Of a DNA stretch of 64,000 bases, positions 1-11,015 are shown in pieces. Within the stretch, counting starts at the first letter, position 1, and every line of letters begins with the position of its first letter. This stretch comes from an uncultured delta proteobacterium. GTDB lineage: Bacteria > Myxococcota_A > UBA9160 > SZUA-336. The translations under genes were made by a program, and so were the position numbers. The stretch is from assembly GCA_963704165.1 (NCBI GenBank), contig CAVPHD010000004.1, forward strand, positions 64,001 to 128,000. The letters are read 5' to 3'. Below the pieces are notes generated by a model. It was given only the letters and a program-made list of their open reading frames with translations, was not told where the DNA came from and searched no databases.

Positions 1-700
1 GATCGCGGCGATTCTCGAAGAGGTCGCGACGCTGCACGCCCGCCTCGTGCTCGAAACTCCCGAACGCCTCGCCCGCGGCGACCGCTTCACGCTCGCCGAT
101 CAGGACGGCGTGCTGATCGCCCGCTCCTCGCGACTCCTGGCGCCGTTCGTACACGAGGCGATCGACCCGGTCGTGCCGAGAAGCGGCGCGTTGCGGCTGC
201 TCGAGGTCGGCGCCGGCTCGGGCACGTACATCCGCTACGTCGTCGAACGCAACCCCGACCTCCGTGCCCTCGGGCTCGAGCTCCAGCCCGAGGTGGCGGA
301 GCTCGCCAACTCCAACTTGCGCGAGTGGGGTGCGTCCTCACGCGCCTCGGTCGACAAGGGGGACGTGCGCGATCGCACGCCCGAACCGATCTACGACGTC
401 GTCACGTTCCACAACAACATCTACTACTTCCCGGTCGCGGAGCGCGTCGCACTTCTGTGTCATGCGATGCGCTTCCTCGCCCCGGGCGGGCGGATCCTGC
501 TGACGACCATGTGCGGCGGCGGCAGTGCCCCGTCCGTGATTCTCGACATCTGGAGCGCCGGAACCGAGGGATGCGGGCGACTACCGACGCCGGACGAGCT
601 GCTCGGGCAGCTCCGCGAGGCGGGATTCGCCGAAGCGACGAGCCGCTCGCTCCTGCCCGGCGACAGCTTCTACGCCTTCTACGGGCGCAGGCCGAGCTGA
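1..700 (+). CDS. Class I SAM-dependent methyltransferase (5' truncated by window edge)
   Basis: Motif I LLEVGAGSG and post-motif YDVVTFHNNIYY; the frame is open from base 2. Confidence 0.85.
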   Translation, partial: IAAILEEVATLHARLVLETPERLARGDRFTLADQDGVLIARSSRLLAPFVHEAIDPVVPRSGALRLLEVGAGSGTYIRYVVERNPDLRALGLELQPEVAELANSNLREWGASSRASVDKGDVRDRTPEPIYDVVTFHNNIYYFPVAERVALLCHAMRFLAPGGRILLTTMCGGGSAPSVILDIWSAGTEGCGRLPTPDELLGQLREAGFAEATSRSLLPGDSFYAFYGRRPS

Positions 701-707
701 CGAGCCG

Positions 708-1352
708 CTAGAGGTCGTTCGGATCCTCGAGAGGAATCTCGATCGTCGAGCTGCGCCTCCCGACCGTGACCTTCGAGCCCGTGTCGACGATGAAGTTCTC
801 GACGAAGAACTCGGCCGGTCCGGACAGGCTGAGGGTCGAGGAATCCAGACAGCCCCCGGCGTCTCCGAGCGGCTTGAACTTCGAGTTCGCGACACCGCGA
901 ATCTGCAATTCGAGGAGTTCGCAGTTGATCTCGAGTTCGGTGGTGGAGACCACGCTCGCGGAGCCGTTGTTGGACTCCGTCTCGAACGAGAAGTCCTCGT
1001 CGAAGTTGAGATCGCCGAGGACTTCGATCACCGAGACCGGATCGGTATCGGCCGCGACGATGCGGTTGTTGCTTGGATTCTCGCAGTCGATGCTCAGGAA
1101 GATCCCCTGCGTCCGGGTCGGGGCCTCGCCTGTGCAGATCTCGAAGACGTCCCGCTCGTTCAGATTGAGTTTGCCGATCTTGGGCTGATCGTTGTTCCCG
1201 GTGTCCTGGTAGAGCAGCTTGAGCTTCGCCTTCACCGGGTGCGTGGTGATCACCGTCTGAGCATCGGCTCCACGCGGCAGCGAGAGCGCGAGGACCGGCA
1301 CGATCAGGGCCATCCAGAGGATCCGGTGTGAAGCGGTCGAGATCGAATTCAC
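708..1352 (-). CDS. Secreted hypothetical protein
   Basis: GTG at 1352 preceded by AAAGGAG; signal peptide (ILWMALIVPVLALSLPRGADA-Q); acidic mature region with four Cys. The upstream part of the listed 413-aa ORF is antisense to the NYN gene. Confidence 0.65.
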   Translation of the reverse strand: MNSISTASHRILWMALIVPVLALSLPRGADAQTVITTHPVKAKLKLLYQDTGNNDQPKIGKLNLNERDVFEICTGEAPTRTQGIFLSIDCENPSNNRIVAADTDPVSVIEVLGDLNFDEDFSFETESNNGSASVVSTTELEINCELLELQIRGVANSKFKPLGDAGGCLDSSTLSLSGPAEFFVENFIVDTGSKVTVGRRSSTIEIPLEDPNDL

Positions 1353-1493
1353 GGCAGGGCAAGCTCCTTTCGAGGTGGAGCCGGAAGATAATCCCTTCCC
1401 GGAGGAATCAAGCCCTCGGGGAGGTCGGCCGCGCGGAATACCCGAGCATCGGGCGCGCGTGTAGACTCGCCCGATCGAAAGAGAGGGGAGCGA

Positions 1494-2279
1494 ATGGCCA
1501 GCTCGGGTGCCGAGACCAAGAACATCGCCGTCTACATCGATCTCGAGAACGTCGCGATCGGCTGTCGGGACGCGCGCTACAAGATCTTCGACGTCAATCT
1601 CGTCTTGAGACGGATGATCGAGAAGGGGAACGTCGTCACGCGCCGCGCGTACGCGGACTGGACGCGCTACCCCGATTATCGTCGGCCACTCCACGAGGCC
1701 GGCGTCGAGCTGATCGAGATGCCGGGCTCGCAAGCTCACCGGCAAGAACAGCGCCGACATCAAGATGGTCGTCGACGCGCTCGAGCTCTCGCACAACAAG
1801 CCGCACATCGACACGTTCACCGTCGTCTCGGGCGATTCGGACTTCTCGCCGCTGGTCGCGAAGCTGCGCGAGAACAACAAGCACACGATCGGCTGCGGCG
1901 TGAAGAACTCGACCTCGCCGATGTTCATCGACAACTGCGACGAGTTCATCTACTACGACGATCTGGTCCGCAAGACCGTCGAGCGCGAGAAGAAGTCGGT
2001 CCCGAAGGCCAGGATCTTCCGAAGAAGAAGCGCGAGGCGTTCGACCTGCTGATCGACGTCGGTCGACGCGCTGCTGCGCGAGAATCGCGAGGCGCACTGC
2101 TCGCTGGTCAAGGAGACGATGAAGCGCAAGCAGCCCGCAGCTTCAACGAGGAGTACCACGGCTATCGATCGTTCAACCGCTTGCTCGAGGACGCACAGAA
2201 GCAGAAGCTGATCGCGCTCCACAAGGACGCGCGCAGCGGCACCTACGTGATCGACGAGGTGCTCTACGAGGCCGGCTGA
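1494..2279 (+). CDS. NYN (LabA/DUF88) domain protein with C-terminal OST-HTH/LOTUS domain; about 4 frameshifts
   Basis: IAVYIDLENV, GKNSADI, VVSGDSDFSPLV and SFNEEYHGYRSFNRLLEDA alternate between two frames. Confidence 0.85.
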   Translation: MASSGAETKNIAVYIDLENVAIGCRDARYKIFDVNLVLRRMIEKGNVVTRRAYADWTRYPDYRRPLHEAGVELIEMPGSQAHRQEQRRHQDGRRRARALAQQAAHRHVHRRLGRFGLLAAGREAAREQQAHDRLRREELDLADVHRQLRRVHLLRRSGPQDRRAREEVGPEGQDLPKKKREAFDLLIDVGRRAAARESRGALLAGQGDDEAQAARSFNEEYHGYRSFNRLLEDAQKQKLIALHKDARSGTYVIDEVLYEAG

Positions 2280-3254
2280 GTGAAGGCCCTGAAGCGGATC
2301 GGTGTCGGGGTGCTCGCGGTCGCGCTGTCGATCGCACTCGGTCTGCCGCTCTTCTACGCCGTCGTTCCGTACGACGGGCCCGATCTCCCGCCCGCGGGTC
2401 GCCGCGTGTCCGTCGGAAACGACCGCTTCGTGAACGCGATCGATCATGGCGATGGGCCGGTGTTCGTCTTGGTTCACGGTCTGCCGGGCATGGCCGAGGA
2501 CTGGCGCCCGCTCGTCGAGGCGCTCGCCGCGAGGGGGAGTCGCGCGATCGCGTACGACCGGATCGGCTACGGTCGATCGGACGCGCGGCCCGGCGAGGTT
2601 CCCGGCGCGTTCACGGTCGAGGCGAACGCGCGCGAGCTCGTGGCGCTGATCGAGAACGAAGGTTTGGACGACGTCACCGTCGTCGGCTGGTCGTACGGCG
2701 GCCCGATCGGCATCGAGGCGGCGCTCCTCGATGCTCGCGCCGTGTCGCCGCGAATCGCGCGTCTGGTCCTCGTCGGCACGGGGGGGCCGGACGCCGACGA
2801 CGCGAAGCCGCCTCCCGTCCCGGGATTACTTGCGTCCGCGGTCCTGCGCTGGATCGGTCTGGTGCCACCGGTCGCCGCTGCGGTGCAGCGCGCCGTGAGT
2901 GAGCAGGCTTTCTCGGAGCAGGCGCAGCCCGATTGGTGGCTGCCGAACCTGCAGGCGAACTTCGCCGCGCCGAACACGCGCCTGACCTGGCGCGCCGAGG
3001 CCGCGGCGGTCGCATCGAGCGGTCGGTTCCGGGCGGATGAAGTCGCGTTGCCGACGCTTCTGGTCCACGGTGACGACGACCGGCTCGCCAATCTCGCGAT
3101 CGGCCGGTACGTGCACGGGAAGATCCCGGGCTCCCGGCTCGAGATCGTCGCCGGCGGGAGTCACATGCTGCCGGTCACGCACGCGGCGCAGCTCGCCGAC
3201 TGGATCGTCGCGCACGGACCCGGCGCGGGCGGTCAGCCCGGTTCGAGTCCCTGA
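2280..3254 (+). CDS. Alpha/beta hydrolase, N-terminally anchored
   Basis: VLVHGLPG oxyanion motif, GWSYGG nucleophile elbow, HGDDD, GSHML. Confidence 0.9.
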   Translation: MKALKRIGVGVLAVALSIALGLPLFYAVVPYDGPDLPPAGRRVSVGNDRFVNAIDHGDGPVFVLVHGLPGMAEDWRPLVEALAARGSRAIAYDRIGYGRSDARPGEVPGAFTVEANARELVALIENEGLDDVTVVGWSYGGPIGIEAALLDARAVSPRIARLVLVGTGGPDADDAKPPPVPGLLASAVLRWIGLVPPVAAAVQRAVSEQAFSEQAQPDWWLPNLQANFAAPNTRLTWRAEAAAVASSGRFRADEVALPTLLVHGDDDRLANLAIGRYVHGKIPGSRLEIVAGGSHMLPVTHAAQLADWIVAHGPGAGGQPGSSP

Positions 3255-3670
3255 CGCATTTCCGTGCCGACGACGACGAAGCCGTACTTCGCGTAGAAGG
3301 GGCGATTTCCCTCGGTTCTCTCGAGCAGGTACAGGCCCATCTCGGCGCAGCCACGATCTCGCGCGGCGCCCAGCGTCGCTTCGACGAGCAGACCGCCGAC
3401 GTTCCGTCCGCGCGCCGCCGGATCGACGATCAGCTCTTCGAGCTGGCCGTACTCGCCGCCGTAGCGGATCGCCAGGTTGTACGAGACGGTGGCGACGCCG
3501 AGGATCGTGCCCGCGTCCTCAGCGACGAAGACCGCGCCGCGTTCGCCCGTGACGAGTCTCGCGTAGGTCGCTCTCCACTCGGGAGTGGCCGCGCTGCCCG
3601 TGAGCGATTCGATCAACGAAAGGCAGCGCGCTTCGTCGCCCGCCGTCGCCGTTCGCAACGTGATCGTCAT
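3233..3670 (-). CDS. GNAT family N-acetyltransferase
   Basis: ATG at 3670 with AGGAG upstream; LIVDPAARGRNVGGLL acetyl-CoA motif and FYAKYGF. Confidence 0.85.
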   Translation of the reverse strand: MTITLRTATAGDEARCLSLIESLTGSAATPEWRATYARLVTGERGAVFVAEDAGTILGVATVSYNLAIRYGGEYGQLEELIVDPAARGRNVGGLLVEATLGAARDRGCAEMGLYLLERTEGNRPFYAKYGFVVVGTEMRQGLEPG

Positions 3671-3734
3671 CGGCCTCTCCTGAACGTCGATGTGAAGATC
3701 GTGAGCGCGCGAGCATCCCTGGGGGAAGCGGGTT

Positions 3735-4806
3735 CTAGAAGCCGAGCTCGGCGAGCTCGATCGGGCGTTTCTCTCTCGCGCTCTGTTCGCCCGCGGCTCC
3801 GACGGCGACGGCGAGCGCGCCGTCCTCGACCGTGACGAGCGGCTTCGCGCCGGCGCGAATCGCGTCGCGGAAGGCGAGCTGCTCGAGGAACGTCGAGCCG
3901 TGATGCGTGCCCGCATCGCGGGCCCGCGGATCGACGTGGAAACTCGATCGTCGCGGGCTCGTAGCGATCGCGACGGGTCAGCACGAGCCGGTGCGCGGGG
4001 ATGAAGGCCTCGGCCTTTCCGCGGTCGCCGGTCGCGGCGATCTCCATCTCGTGGGTCGAGTTCTCGGCGAACATGCACAGATCGAGCAGTCCGCGCGCGC
4101 CGGAGTCGAAGTCGACGGTGACGAATGCGTTGTCGAGGATGTCGGGCCGCTCGCCGCCGTAGAGCTCGTCGCGGTGATTCACGTCCATCGCCCCCGAGGC
4201 GTACACGCGCAGCGGCCGGGCGCGCGTCACCAGGTTCATCAGATCGAAGAAGTGACAGCACTTCTCGACCAGCGTTCCGCCGGTGTTGCGCGAGAAGCGA
4301 TTCCAGTCGCCGACCTTCCTCAGGAACGGAAAGCGGTGCTCGCGAATCGCGAGCATGTGCAGCCGGCCGATCGAGCCGCCGTGCACCTCCTCGACGAGTC
4401 GCGCGACCGGGCGCATGAACCGGTATTCCATTCCGACCCAGGTCACGGCCGGGTGCCGCGCCGCCTGCTCGACCACGCGCTTGCAGTCGTCGATCGTCGT
4501 GCAGAGCGGCTTCTCGACCAGCACGTGCTTCTCGGTGCGGAAGACGTCCTGGAGCACGTCGAAGTGCGTGTGGTTGGGCGACGCGATCACGATCGCGTCG
4601 ACCGCCGCCTTCGCGAGCAGCTCGCGGTGGTCGGCGTAGACCTCGACCTCGGAGCCGACCGCGAGCCGACCGAAGCCGCGGCTGCGCTCGTCGGGATCGG
4701 CGATCGCACACACCTCGACCCCGGGCACGAGCGCGAGGTTCCGGATGTGCTCGCAGCCCATCATGCCGGTGCCGATCACACCGAATCGGATCACGGAGGA
4801 ATTCAT
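3735..4806 (-). CDS. Gfo/Idh/MocA family oxidoreductase (one frameshift near 3941)
   Basis: FGVIGTGMMG, IASPNHTH, VEKPL; the C-terminus HHGSTFLEQLAF continues in another frame after an extra T in GAGTTTCCAC. Confidence 0.9.
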
Positions 4807-4819
4807 TCGCAGGGACCGC

Positions 4820-7800
4820 CTAGAGCACGCACCCTTGGGTGAGGGCGGGGCCGACGCCCGCGAGCGCGCGGCGAAGCACCGTGGCATCGGCGATGTCGCA
4901 GTTCGCAGCGACGTTGCCGTTCGCCCCGCTGACGTTGCACTTCGCCAGCGCCGCCGGCGTGTGGATGCCCGCGAGCCAGGCGCGCATGCTCGTGACGTCG
5001 GCGCTCGTATCGACGCCGTCCGCCGTGACGTCGCCGCACTGCGACGCGTCGCGAATGCCGTCGGGCTGCGAGCCGTCACCCACGGCGCCGCGGTCGATGC
5101 CGAGTCGCTCGCCGGATCCCGGCGGCACGCAGGTGTACGTCAGCTCCTGGCCGGCCGTTCCGGCGAGCAGACGCAGATTCGCGTCGCTGATCGTCGGGGC
5201 GCCGCCCACGTCCGGCGTGAAGACGGACGGCGAGCTCATCCACCAGCCGCGCGGCGCGCCGGCGATCCGTCCCTTGACGACCAGGTCGCACTCCTTGTTT
5301 CCGGGGCGATCCGGATCGGCGTAGTTCGTTCCCGCGCGAGTGACCAGGAGGTTCAAGCGCGTGATGACGGCGGCATCCCCTGCGTTCGCCGCGGTGAGCG
5401 TGACCTGCTGACCGACGACGGGCGCGATGTCGGAGTCGAACGCGAACATGAACTGCGAGACCTGGTTTCGCTGCGCGTCGCCACCGGGAACTGGAACACG
5501 CTCGTCGGGACGTTCGCGCCGAGAAACGTCATCACGGTGTCGATCGTGCCGTCGTGCAGGTAGCCGAAGCCGCGAATCTGCGGTGCGTTCGGATCGGCAG
5601 GCGTGGCGGCGTTCGCGAACCCGAACATGCCGACCTTCTGATACCCGTTGCGCAGGTGCGCGACCTTGAAGTGCTGCGTCTCGTTCTCGAAGGTCGAGAG
5701 TCCGGCGCTGCCGAAGAAACCGGCCGACGGGTCCAGCGTGTGGCAGCCGTTGCAATCCTTGAGCGTGTCGGAGATCGGTCCCGGCGCGGTGGGGGTGCCG
5801 AAGAACGTGGCGCCGGCGGACTGCTCGGCCGTCAGTGAGCGATCGAGCGCTCGGATCGGATTTGGCGGCAGCTGCACCTGCAGGATGAAGTTCGTGAACG
5901 CGAGCATGTCCTGCGTCGCGATCTGCGCCTGCCGACCCAGCAGGCCCTCGAACGCCGGATTGAAGGCCATGAAGGCGAGTGTCTCGTCGAGCGCGCCCGG
6001 CGAGCCGTCGTACCTGTACGGGTTCTGCGTGGTGCCGCCCGAACGATCGCCGCGCCAGTGCATCGGCCCGCCGTGATCCATGCCGCGAAGCGTCTGCGTC
6101 GTCATCGGGCCCTTGAGCGGGTGGAAGTCGAGATTTCCCTCGACGACGCTGCCGGGATTGAGGAAGTTCAGGGCCGGACCGGCGAGTCCGAAATTCTGGA
6201 GCGGCGAATTGAGCTTCACGAACGGGTTGAAGTTGTTCGCGCGCGCGCCGGCCGGATCGCCGAGGTCCCAGGCCAGGCTGTCGAAGTCACCGAAGATGTG
6301 GCAGCTCGCGCAGGACGCCTCGCCGTTCGAGGACGAGAAGCGCGCGTCGTAGAAGAAGCGCCGGCCCTCGGTGATGGTCGTGGTCTCGGGGCTGTGGATC
6401 GGCACGTGTGCGATCTCGGTGCGCAGGACCGTGTCGACGATCGAGATCGCGTTGTCGAAGCGCGTCAGTACGTAGAGCCGGCCGCGGGGCTCGTCGAGCG
6501 CGACCCCGCCCGGTCCGCCGGCCGAGAGCTCGACGTGGTCCGCGGCATTCGCCGCGAACGCACCCGGCGCGCCGGGCGCGAGCGCGAGCGCTGCGGTATC
6601 GACGATGCCGATCTTCTGCGACCCGAACGCCGCGACGTACAGCGTCGCGCCGTCGCTGGTGATCGCCATGTCGGTCGGAATCGCGAGGCTCGCGTCGTTC
6701 ACGCTCTGCGGCGGGTTCAGGTTCGAGTAGTCGATCTGCGTGTTCAGTCGCCGCTGCTGCGCGATGCCACCGCTGATCAGCGAGATCTGCGCGCGGTGCA
6801 GCTCGCCGCGCAGCGTCGTCGGTCCCGATCCCTCGAAGCGATCCATGTTGTTCGCCTCGGTGTTCGAGACGTAGATCGTTCCGTCGAGCGGGTGCACCAC
6901 CATGTTGAAGAGCACGGTTCCGACCGTGGTGACGCTGCTCGTGATCGCGGTCTGATCGAGCACCGACGCGTCGGCGTCGATCACGAAGACGTCCTGGTCG
7001 GGAAGGCTGAAGCGGACGACCCCGTTGTGATCCGCGCCGTTGACGTCGCGCCAGGTCGTCGGGCCGACCTGCTTCAGCATCACGCCGACCTGCGGAGCGG
7101 GCAGGCCGCTCACCGTCGGCAGCGGCGCCGGCGTGGGCAGCAAGCCCTCGGGCACCGCCGTCGTCTGGTTTCCCGAATGGTGGACCGCTGCGTACACCGA
7201 GAGGCCGTCGGGGCTCGTCGCCAGCGCGCGCGGCGTGTCGCCGAAGGCATTCAGGATCGCGATCTCGTCGCCGCCGAGGCTCGTGCCGGGGTTCGTCGCG
7301 TCGAAGACCCAGACGTCGGCACGGCCGACGCCCGGCGTCAGCAGCTGCGGGTCGCCCGGCCGGTTCTGCCCGCGGTGCGCGGCGGTGATGAAAGCGCGAT
7401 TCCGGCCTTCGCCCGCGAAGACGATGTCGCGCGGCTCGTCGCCGACGTGCAGCGTGCGCACGACGCGAAGTGACGCGACATCGACGATCGAGACGCTGTC
7501 GGAGAGGTGGTTCACGACCCAGACTTCGCCGGCCGTGCGCTCGGCGACCGCGACCGGATCGACACCGACCGGGACCGAGCCCGAATGGACCAGACCCGCG
7601 GCCGAGACGTCGAAGATCTCGAGGCGGCCGTCGGGGATGTTGCAGACGAAGAGCTGGGTGCCGTCCGCAGAGAGGGCGACGGGCCGGACCGGTCCGCTCT
7701 CGAAGAGCGTGTAGTTGCCCTGTGCAAACGCGGGCCCGGAAACAGCAATCAGCGTAAGCGCCAGCGCGGAAAACGCGCGTAGGAGGCCCAGTGGACTCAT
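4820..7800 (-). CDS. Secreted YVTN-type beta-propeller / diheme cytochrome c (peroxidase-like) protein with C-terminal dockerin-like module (frameshift near 5485)
   Basis: Signal peptide; propeller repeats (VPVGVDPVAVA, LHVGDEPRDIVF); CASCH and CNGCH; PMHWRGDR, FKVAHLRN, GYLHDG; C-terminal CGDVTADG motif. Confidence 0.85.
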
Positions 7801-7899
7801 TTCCCTTCCCCTTCCGAGGCCGTGGTGACCGATGGCCATCCTAACCCACGAGGTTCGATTAGGGGGGAAAGACCTCCGCAGCGAAATCCGCGTCGCCGC

Positions 7900-8301
7900 T
7901 CAGCTCTTGGGCTCTCGCTCGACCGGTCCGCCCGCTTCGACCCAACCTTTGAAGCCGGTCGCGATGTGCGAGACGCCTTCGAGCCCCATGTCCTGCACGG
8001 CTTTCGCCGCGAGCGCGGAACGCCAGCCGCTTGCGCAGTGCAGGACGAAGCGCTTGCCGCTGCCGAAGACGTCCTTGTAGTAGGGACTCTCGGGATCGAC
8101 CCAGAACTCGAGCATGCCGCGCGGCGCGTGGAATGCGCCGGGAATCGATCCGTCGCGCCCGCGCTCGCGCGGATCGCGCAGATCGACGATCAGGACGTCG
8201 GAGCGTTTCGAGAGCGCGATCGCGTCTGCCGCGCTGACGGATTCGACTTCGGCGTTGGCCTCGTCCACGAGCTGTCGAACGTTCTTTCGCAGCTTCTTCA
8301 C
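7900..8301 (-). CDS. Rhodanese-like domain protein
   Basis: IVDLRDPRE, GSIPGA, active-site HCASGWRS. Confidence 0.9.
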   Translation of the reverse strand: MKKLRKNVRQLVDEANAEVESVSAADAIALSKRSDVLIVDLRDPRERGRDGSIPGAFHAPRGMLEFWVDPESPYYKDVFGSGKRFVLHCASGWRSALAAKAVQDMGLEGVSHIATGFKGWVEAGGPVEREPKS

Positions 8302-8344
8302 GAGTCCACTATGCCAGAATGACCGTTCGCAGAGGAGAGCGGTC

Positions 8345-9892
8345 GTGAAGAACAACCTCGGACTCTTTCTCGCCAAGCGCGCGTATCTGAACCCGAGCCT
8401 CGAGGCGTTCGTCGACACGCATTCGGGACGGCGCTTCAGCTTCGCGGAGCTCGACGCGCGCGCGAATCGCACGGCGAACTTCCTCGCGAGCGAACTCGGC
8501 GTCCGCAAGGGCGACCGCGTCGCGCTCCTCTTGATGAACAGCCCCGAGTTCATGGAGAGCTTCTTCGCGATCGCCAAGCTCGGCGCGGTCTGCGTGCCGC
8601 TGAACTGGCGTCTGGTGCCGGCCGAGCTGCAGTTCATCCTGAAGGACGCCGGCGCGACCACCGCGATCTACGGCGGGGAATTCGCGCAGACGGTCGCCGA
8701 GCTCGAGAAGCTCGGGCCCGCCACCGACGTGAAGCACTGGGTGCAGGTCGGCGGCGCCGAGAAGCGCGCGCGCTTCGCGGTGGACTACGACGCAGTGCAG
8801 CGCGCCGCTTCCGCGGAGCAACCGGAGGTCACCGCCTGCGACGACGACCTGCTCTACATCATGTACACGTCCGGCACGACGGGCCTGCCCAAGGGCGCGA
8901 TGCACACGCACTCGACGGCGATGTGGGGCGTGCTGACGATTGCCGCGACCGCGGAGATGCGCTTCAAGGACCGCTATCTCGTCTCGCTTCCGCTCTTCCA
9001 CGTCGGCGCCCTGACGCCGATCACCGGCAACGTCTACCGGGGCGTGACCAGCGTCGTGATGCGCGCGTTCGATCCGACGAAGGCCTGGGAGCTGATCCAG
9101 TCCGAGAAAGTCACCGTCGCGCTCAAAGTGCCCGCGATGCTGAACTTCATGCTGCAGACCTACGACGCCAAGAAGTACGACATCTCGACGCTGCGCTGGA
9201 TCATGAGCGGCGCCGCGCCGGTGCCCGTCACGTTGATCGACGCCTACGCCAAGCTCAACATCGAGGTCCACCAGGTGTACGGGCTGACGGAGAGCTGTGG
9301 CCCGGCCTGCCTGATCGGGCCGGACGAGGCGATCGCCAAGGCCGGCTCGACCGGAAAGCCGTTCTTCCACACGGACGTGCAAGTCGTGAACGCAAACGGC
9401 AAGGAGATCTCGGCGGGCGAGCAGGGCGAGGTGATCATCCGCGGCGCGCACGTGATGACGGGTTACTGGAATCGGCCCGACGCCACCGCCGAGACGATCG
9501 TGAACGGCTGGCTGCACTCCGGTGACGTCGCCACCGTCGACAAAGAGGGCTTCATCTACATCCAGGATCGGATGAAGGACATGATCATCTCGGGCGGCGA
9601 GAACGTGTACCCCGCGGAGATCGAGAACGTGATCCTCGCGCACCCGAAGGTCGCCGAGGTGGCCGTGATCGGACAGCCGAGCGCGAAGTGGGGCGAATCC
9701 GCATTCGCCGTCGTCGTAAAGTCGGATCCGTCGCTGAGCGAGCGCGAGGTGATCGACTGGTGCGCCGGCAAGCTCGCGCGGTTCAAGCAGCCGCGCGCCG
9801 CGGGTTTCATCGAGACGATCCCGCGAAATCCCTCCGGAAAGGTGCTGAAGCGGCTGCTTCGCGATCAGTTCCCGGGTCCGGCGCCCGAGTAG
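8345..9892 (+). CDS. Long-chain fatty acid--CoA ligase (AMP-binding enzyme)
   Basis: YTSGTTGLPKG, YGLTE, GWLHSGD, DRMKDMIISGGENVYP, PRNPSGK; AGGAG upstream of the GTG. Confidence 0.95.
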   Translation: MKNNLGLFLAKRAYLNPSLEAFVDTHSGRRFSFAELDARANRTANFLASELGVRKGDRVALLLMNSPEFMESFFAIAKLGAVCVPLNWRLVPAELQFILKDAGATTAIYGGEFAQTVAELEKLGPATDVKHWVQVGGAEKRARFAVDYDAVQRAASAEQPEVTACDDDLLYIMYTSGTTGLPKGAMHTHSTAMWGVLTIAATAEMRFKDRYLVSLPLFHVGALTPITGNVYRGVTSVVMRAFDPTKAWELIQSEKVTVALKVPAMLNFMLQTYDAKKYDISTLRWIMSGAAPVPVTLIDAYAKLNIEVHQVYGLTESCGPACLIGPDEAIAKAGSTGKPFFHTDVQVVNANGKEISAGEQGEVIIRGAHVMTGYWNRPDATAETIVNGWLHSGDVATVDKEGFIYIQDRMKDMIISGGENVYPAEIENVILAHPKVAEVAVIGQPSAKWGESAFAVVVKSDPSLSEREVIDWCAGKLARFKQPRAAGFIETIPRNPSGKVLKRLLRDQFPGPAPE

Positions 9893-10905
9893 GGCGAAGC
9901 GACACCCGCGCGCGTCACCTGCCAGACGGCGACCGGCTTCGCACGCGCGCGGCCGAGCGGGAGCCAGCCGCCGACCCGGTACAGGGTGATGCGCAGATGC
10001 GGCTCGGTGCCGGTCTCGATCAGGTCGATGCGCGCAAAGCCGGTCGCGGCGAGCCGGAATCGTTCGCCTGTCACGCGGTGCTCGCTGCTCTCGGCTTCGG
10101 AGCCTCCACCCGAGACGATCTGAAGCGCCGGCGCCGTATTCCCCGGCACGCCGACGCGCAAGCTGTGAAGGTGCCCCGCCAGCAGAAGCTGTACCGGCAG
10201 GCCCGCAGCGGCGATCGCGTCGGAGATCGCCCGCGACGGCGCGTCGTCTTCGAGCGGGTGGTGCGTGACGAGAATCCGGAACGCCCCGCGCGACTCCCGA
10301 AGTGCGTCGATCAGCGGCGTCAGATCGTCGGTGCGCCGGAGACGCGTGGAGTCGTAGAGGACCAGGGTGACTCCGTGGGGGAGCTCGATCCGCTCGATCG
10401 GATCGGCCGCCACGCGCCAGTTCGATACGTAGCGGGGCACGACCCTTCGTTGCAGCGTCGCGCTCTCGGGCGAACCGTGGTCGTGGTTTCCCAGCACGGC
10501 CAGGAGTGGAACGTGTGGACCGGGCGACTTCTCGCCGGCGCACGCTTCCGCGACGCGCGCCGAGTCGGGACCCGAAAGCTCCGCAAAGTGACAGTACGGC
10601 CGAACGAGGTTCGTACGCACGCGCGCCTCGAGCTCGAAGGCCTGGAGGCCCCGCGGGTAGAAATTGTCGCCGAGAAAGAGCAGCGCGTCGGCGTGGTGCC
10701 GCTCGTCCTCGAACGCGAGCGCGTCGCCGACGTTCCGCTGTCCGCTTCGGAAGTCCGGCCATCCCGTCGGTTGCCCCGTGTCTCCGAGCGCCAGGAGCGA
10801 CAGGCGCGGTGGCGCGACGTTGCGGTCTTCGAGCACGAGTGGCGCGCAGGCGATGAACAGAATCGCCGTCGATGCGGCGATTCCGGCTGCGAGGCTGGAC
10901 CTCAT
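9865..10905 (-). CDS. Exported metallophosphoesterase (acid phosphatase-like)
   Basis: LGDTG, LGDNFY, LGNHD, THHP, AGHLH; lipoprotein-like N-terminus (FIAC). Confidence 0.85.
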   Translation of the reverse strand: MRSSLAAGIAASTAILFIACAPLVLEDRNVAPPRLSLLALGDTGQPTGWPDFRSGQRNVGDALAFEDERHHADALLFLGDNFYPRGLQAFELEARVRTNLVRPYCHFAELSGPDSARVAEACAGEKSPGPHVPLLAVLGNHDHGSPESATLQRRVVPRYVSNWRVAADPIERIELPHGVTLVLYDSTRLRRTDDLTPLIDALRESRGAFRILVTHHPLEDDAPSRAISDAIAAAGLPVQLLLAGHLHSLRVGVPGNTAPALQIVSGGGSEAESSEHRVTGERFRLAATGFARIDLIETGTEPHLRITLYRVGGWLPLGRARAKPVAVWQVTRAGVASPYSGAGPGN

Positions 10906-11015
10906 CGGGTGCCCACTGTGCCCGGCGCCGCGCGACATGAGGGGATCATGAGATCCTTTTCATCCGGCTCGAAGGGTCTTGGGTGGGCGATTCGCGTGGT
11001 CGATCTTCCCGCCAA

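Noticed and set aside
1494..2279. NYN nuclease as a defence or toxin system
   Set aside because: Looks like the common LabA/DUF88-OST-HTH type; no defence, antitoxin or mobile genes adjacent.
3233..3254. Short overlaps between convergent gene ends (also 9865-9892, 40897-40921, 43735-43741)
   Set aside because: Common in compact high-GC genomes; no sign of a special function.
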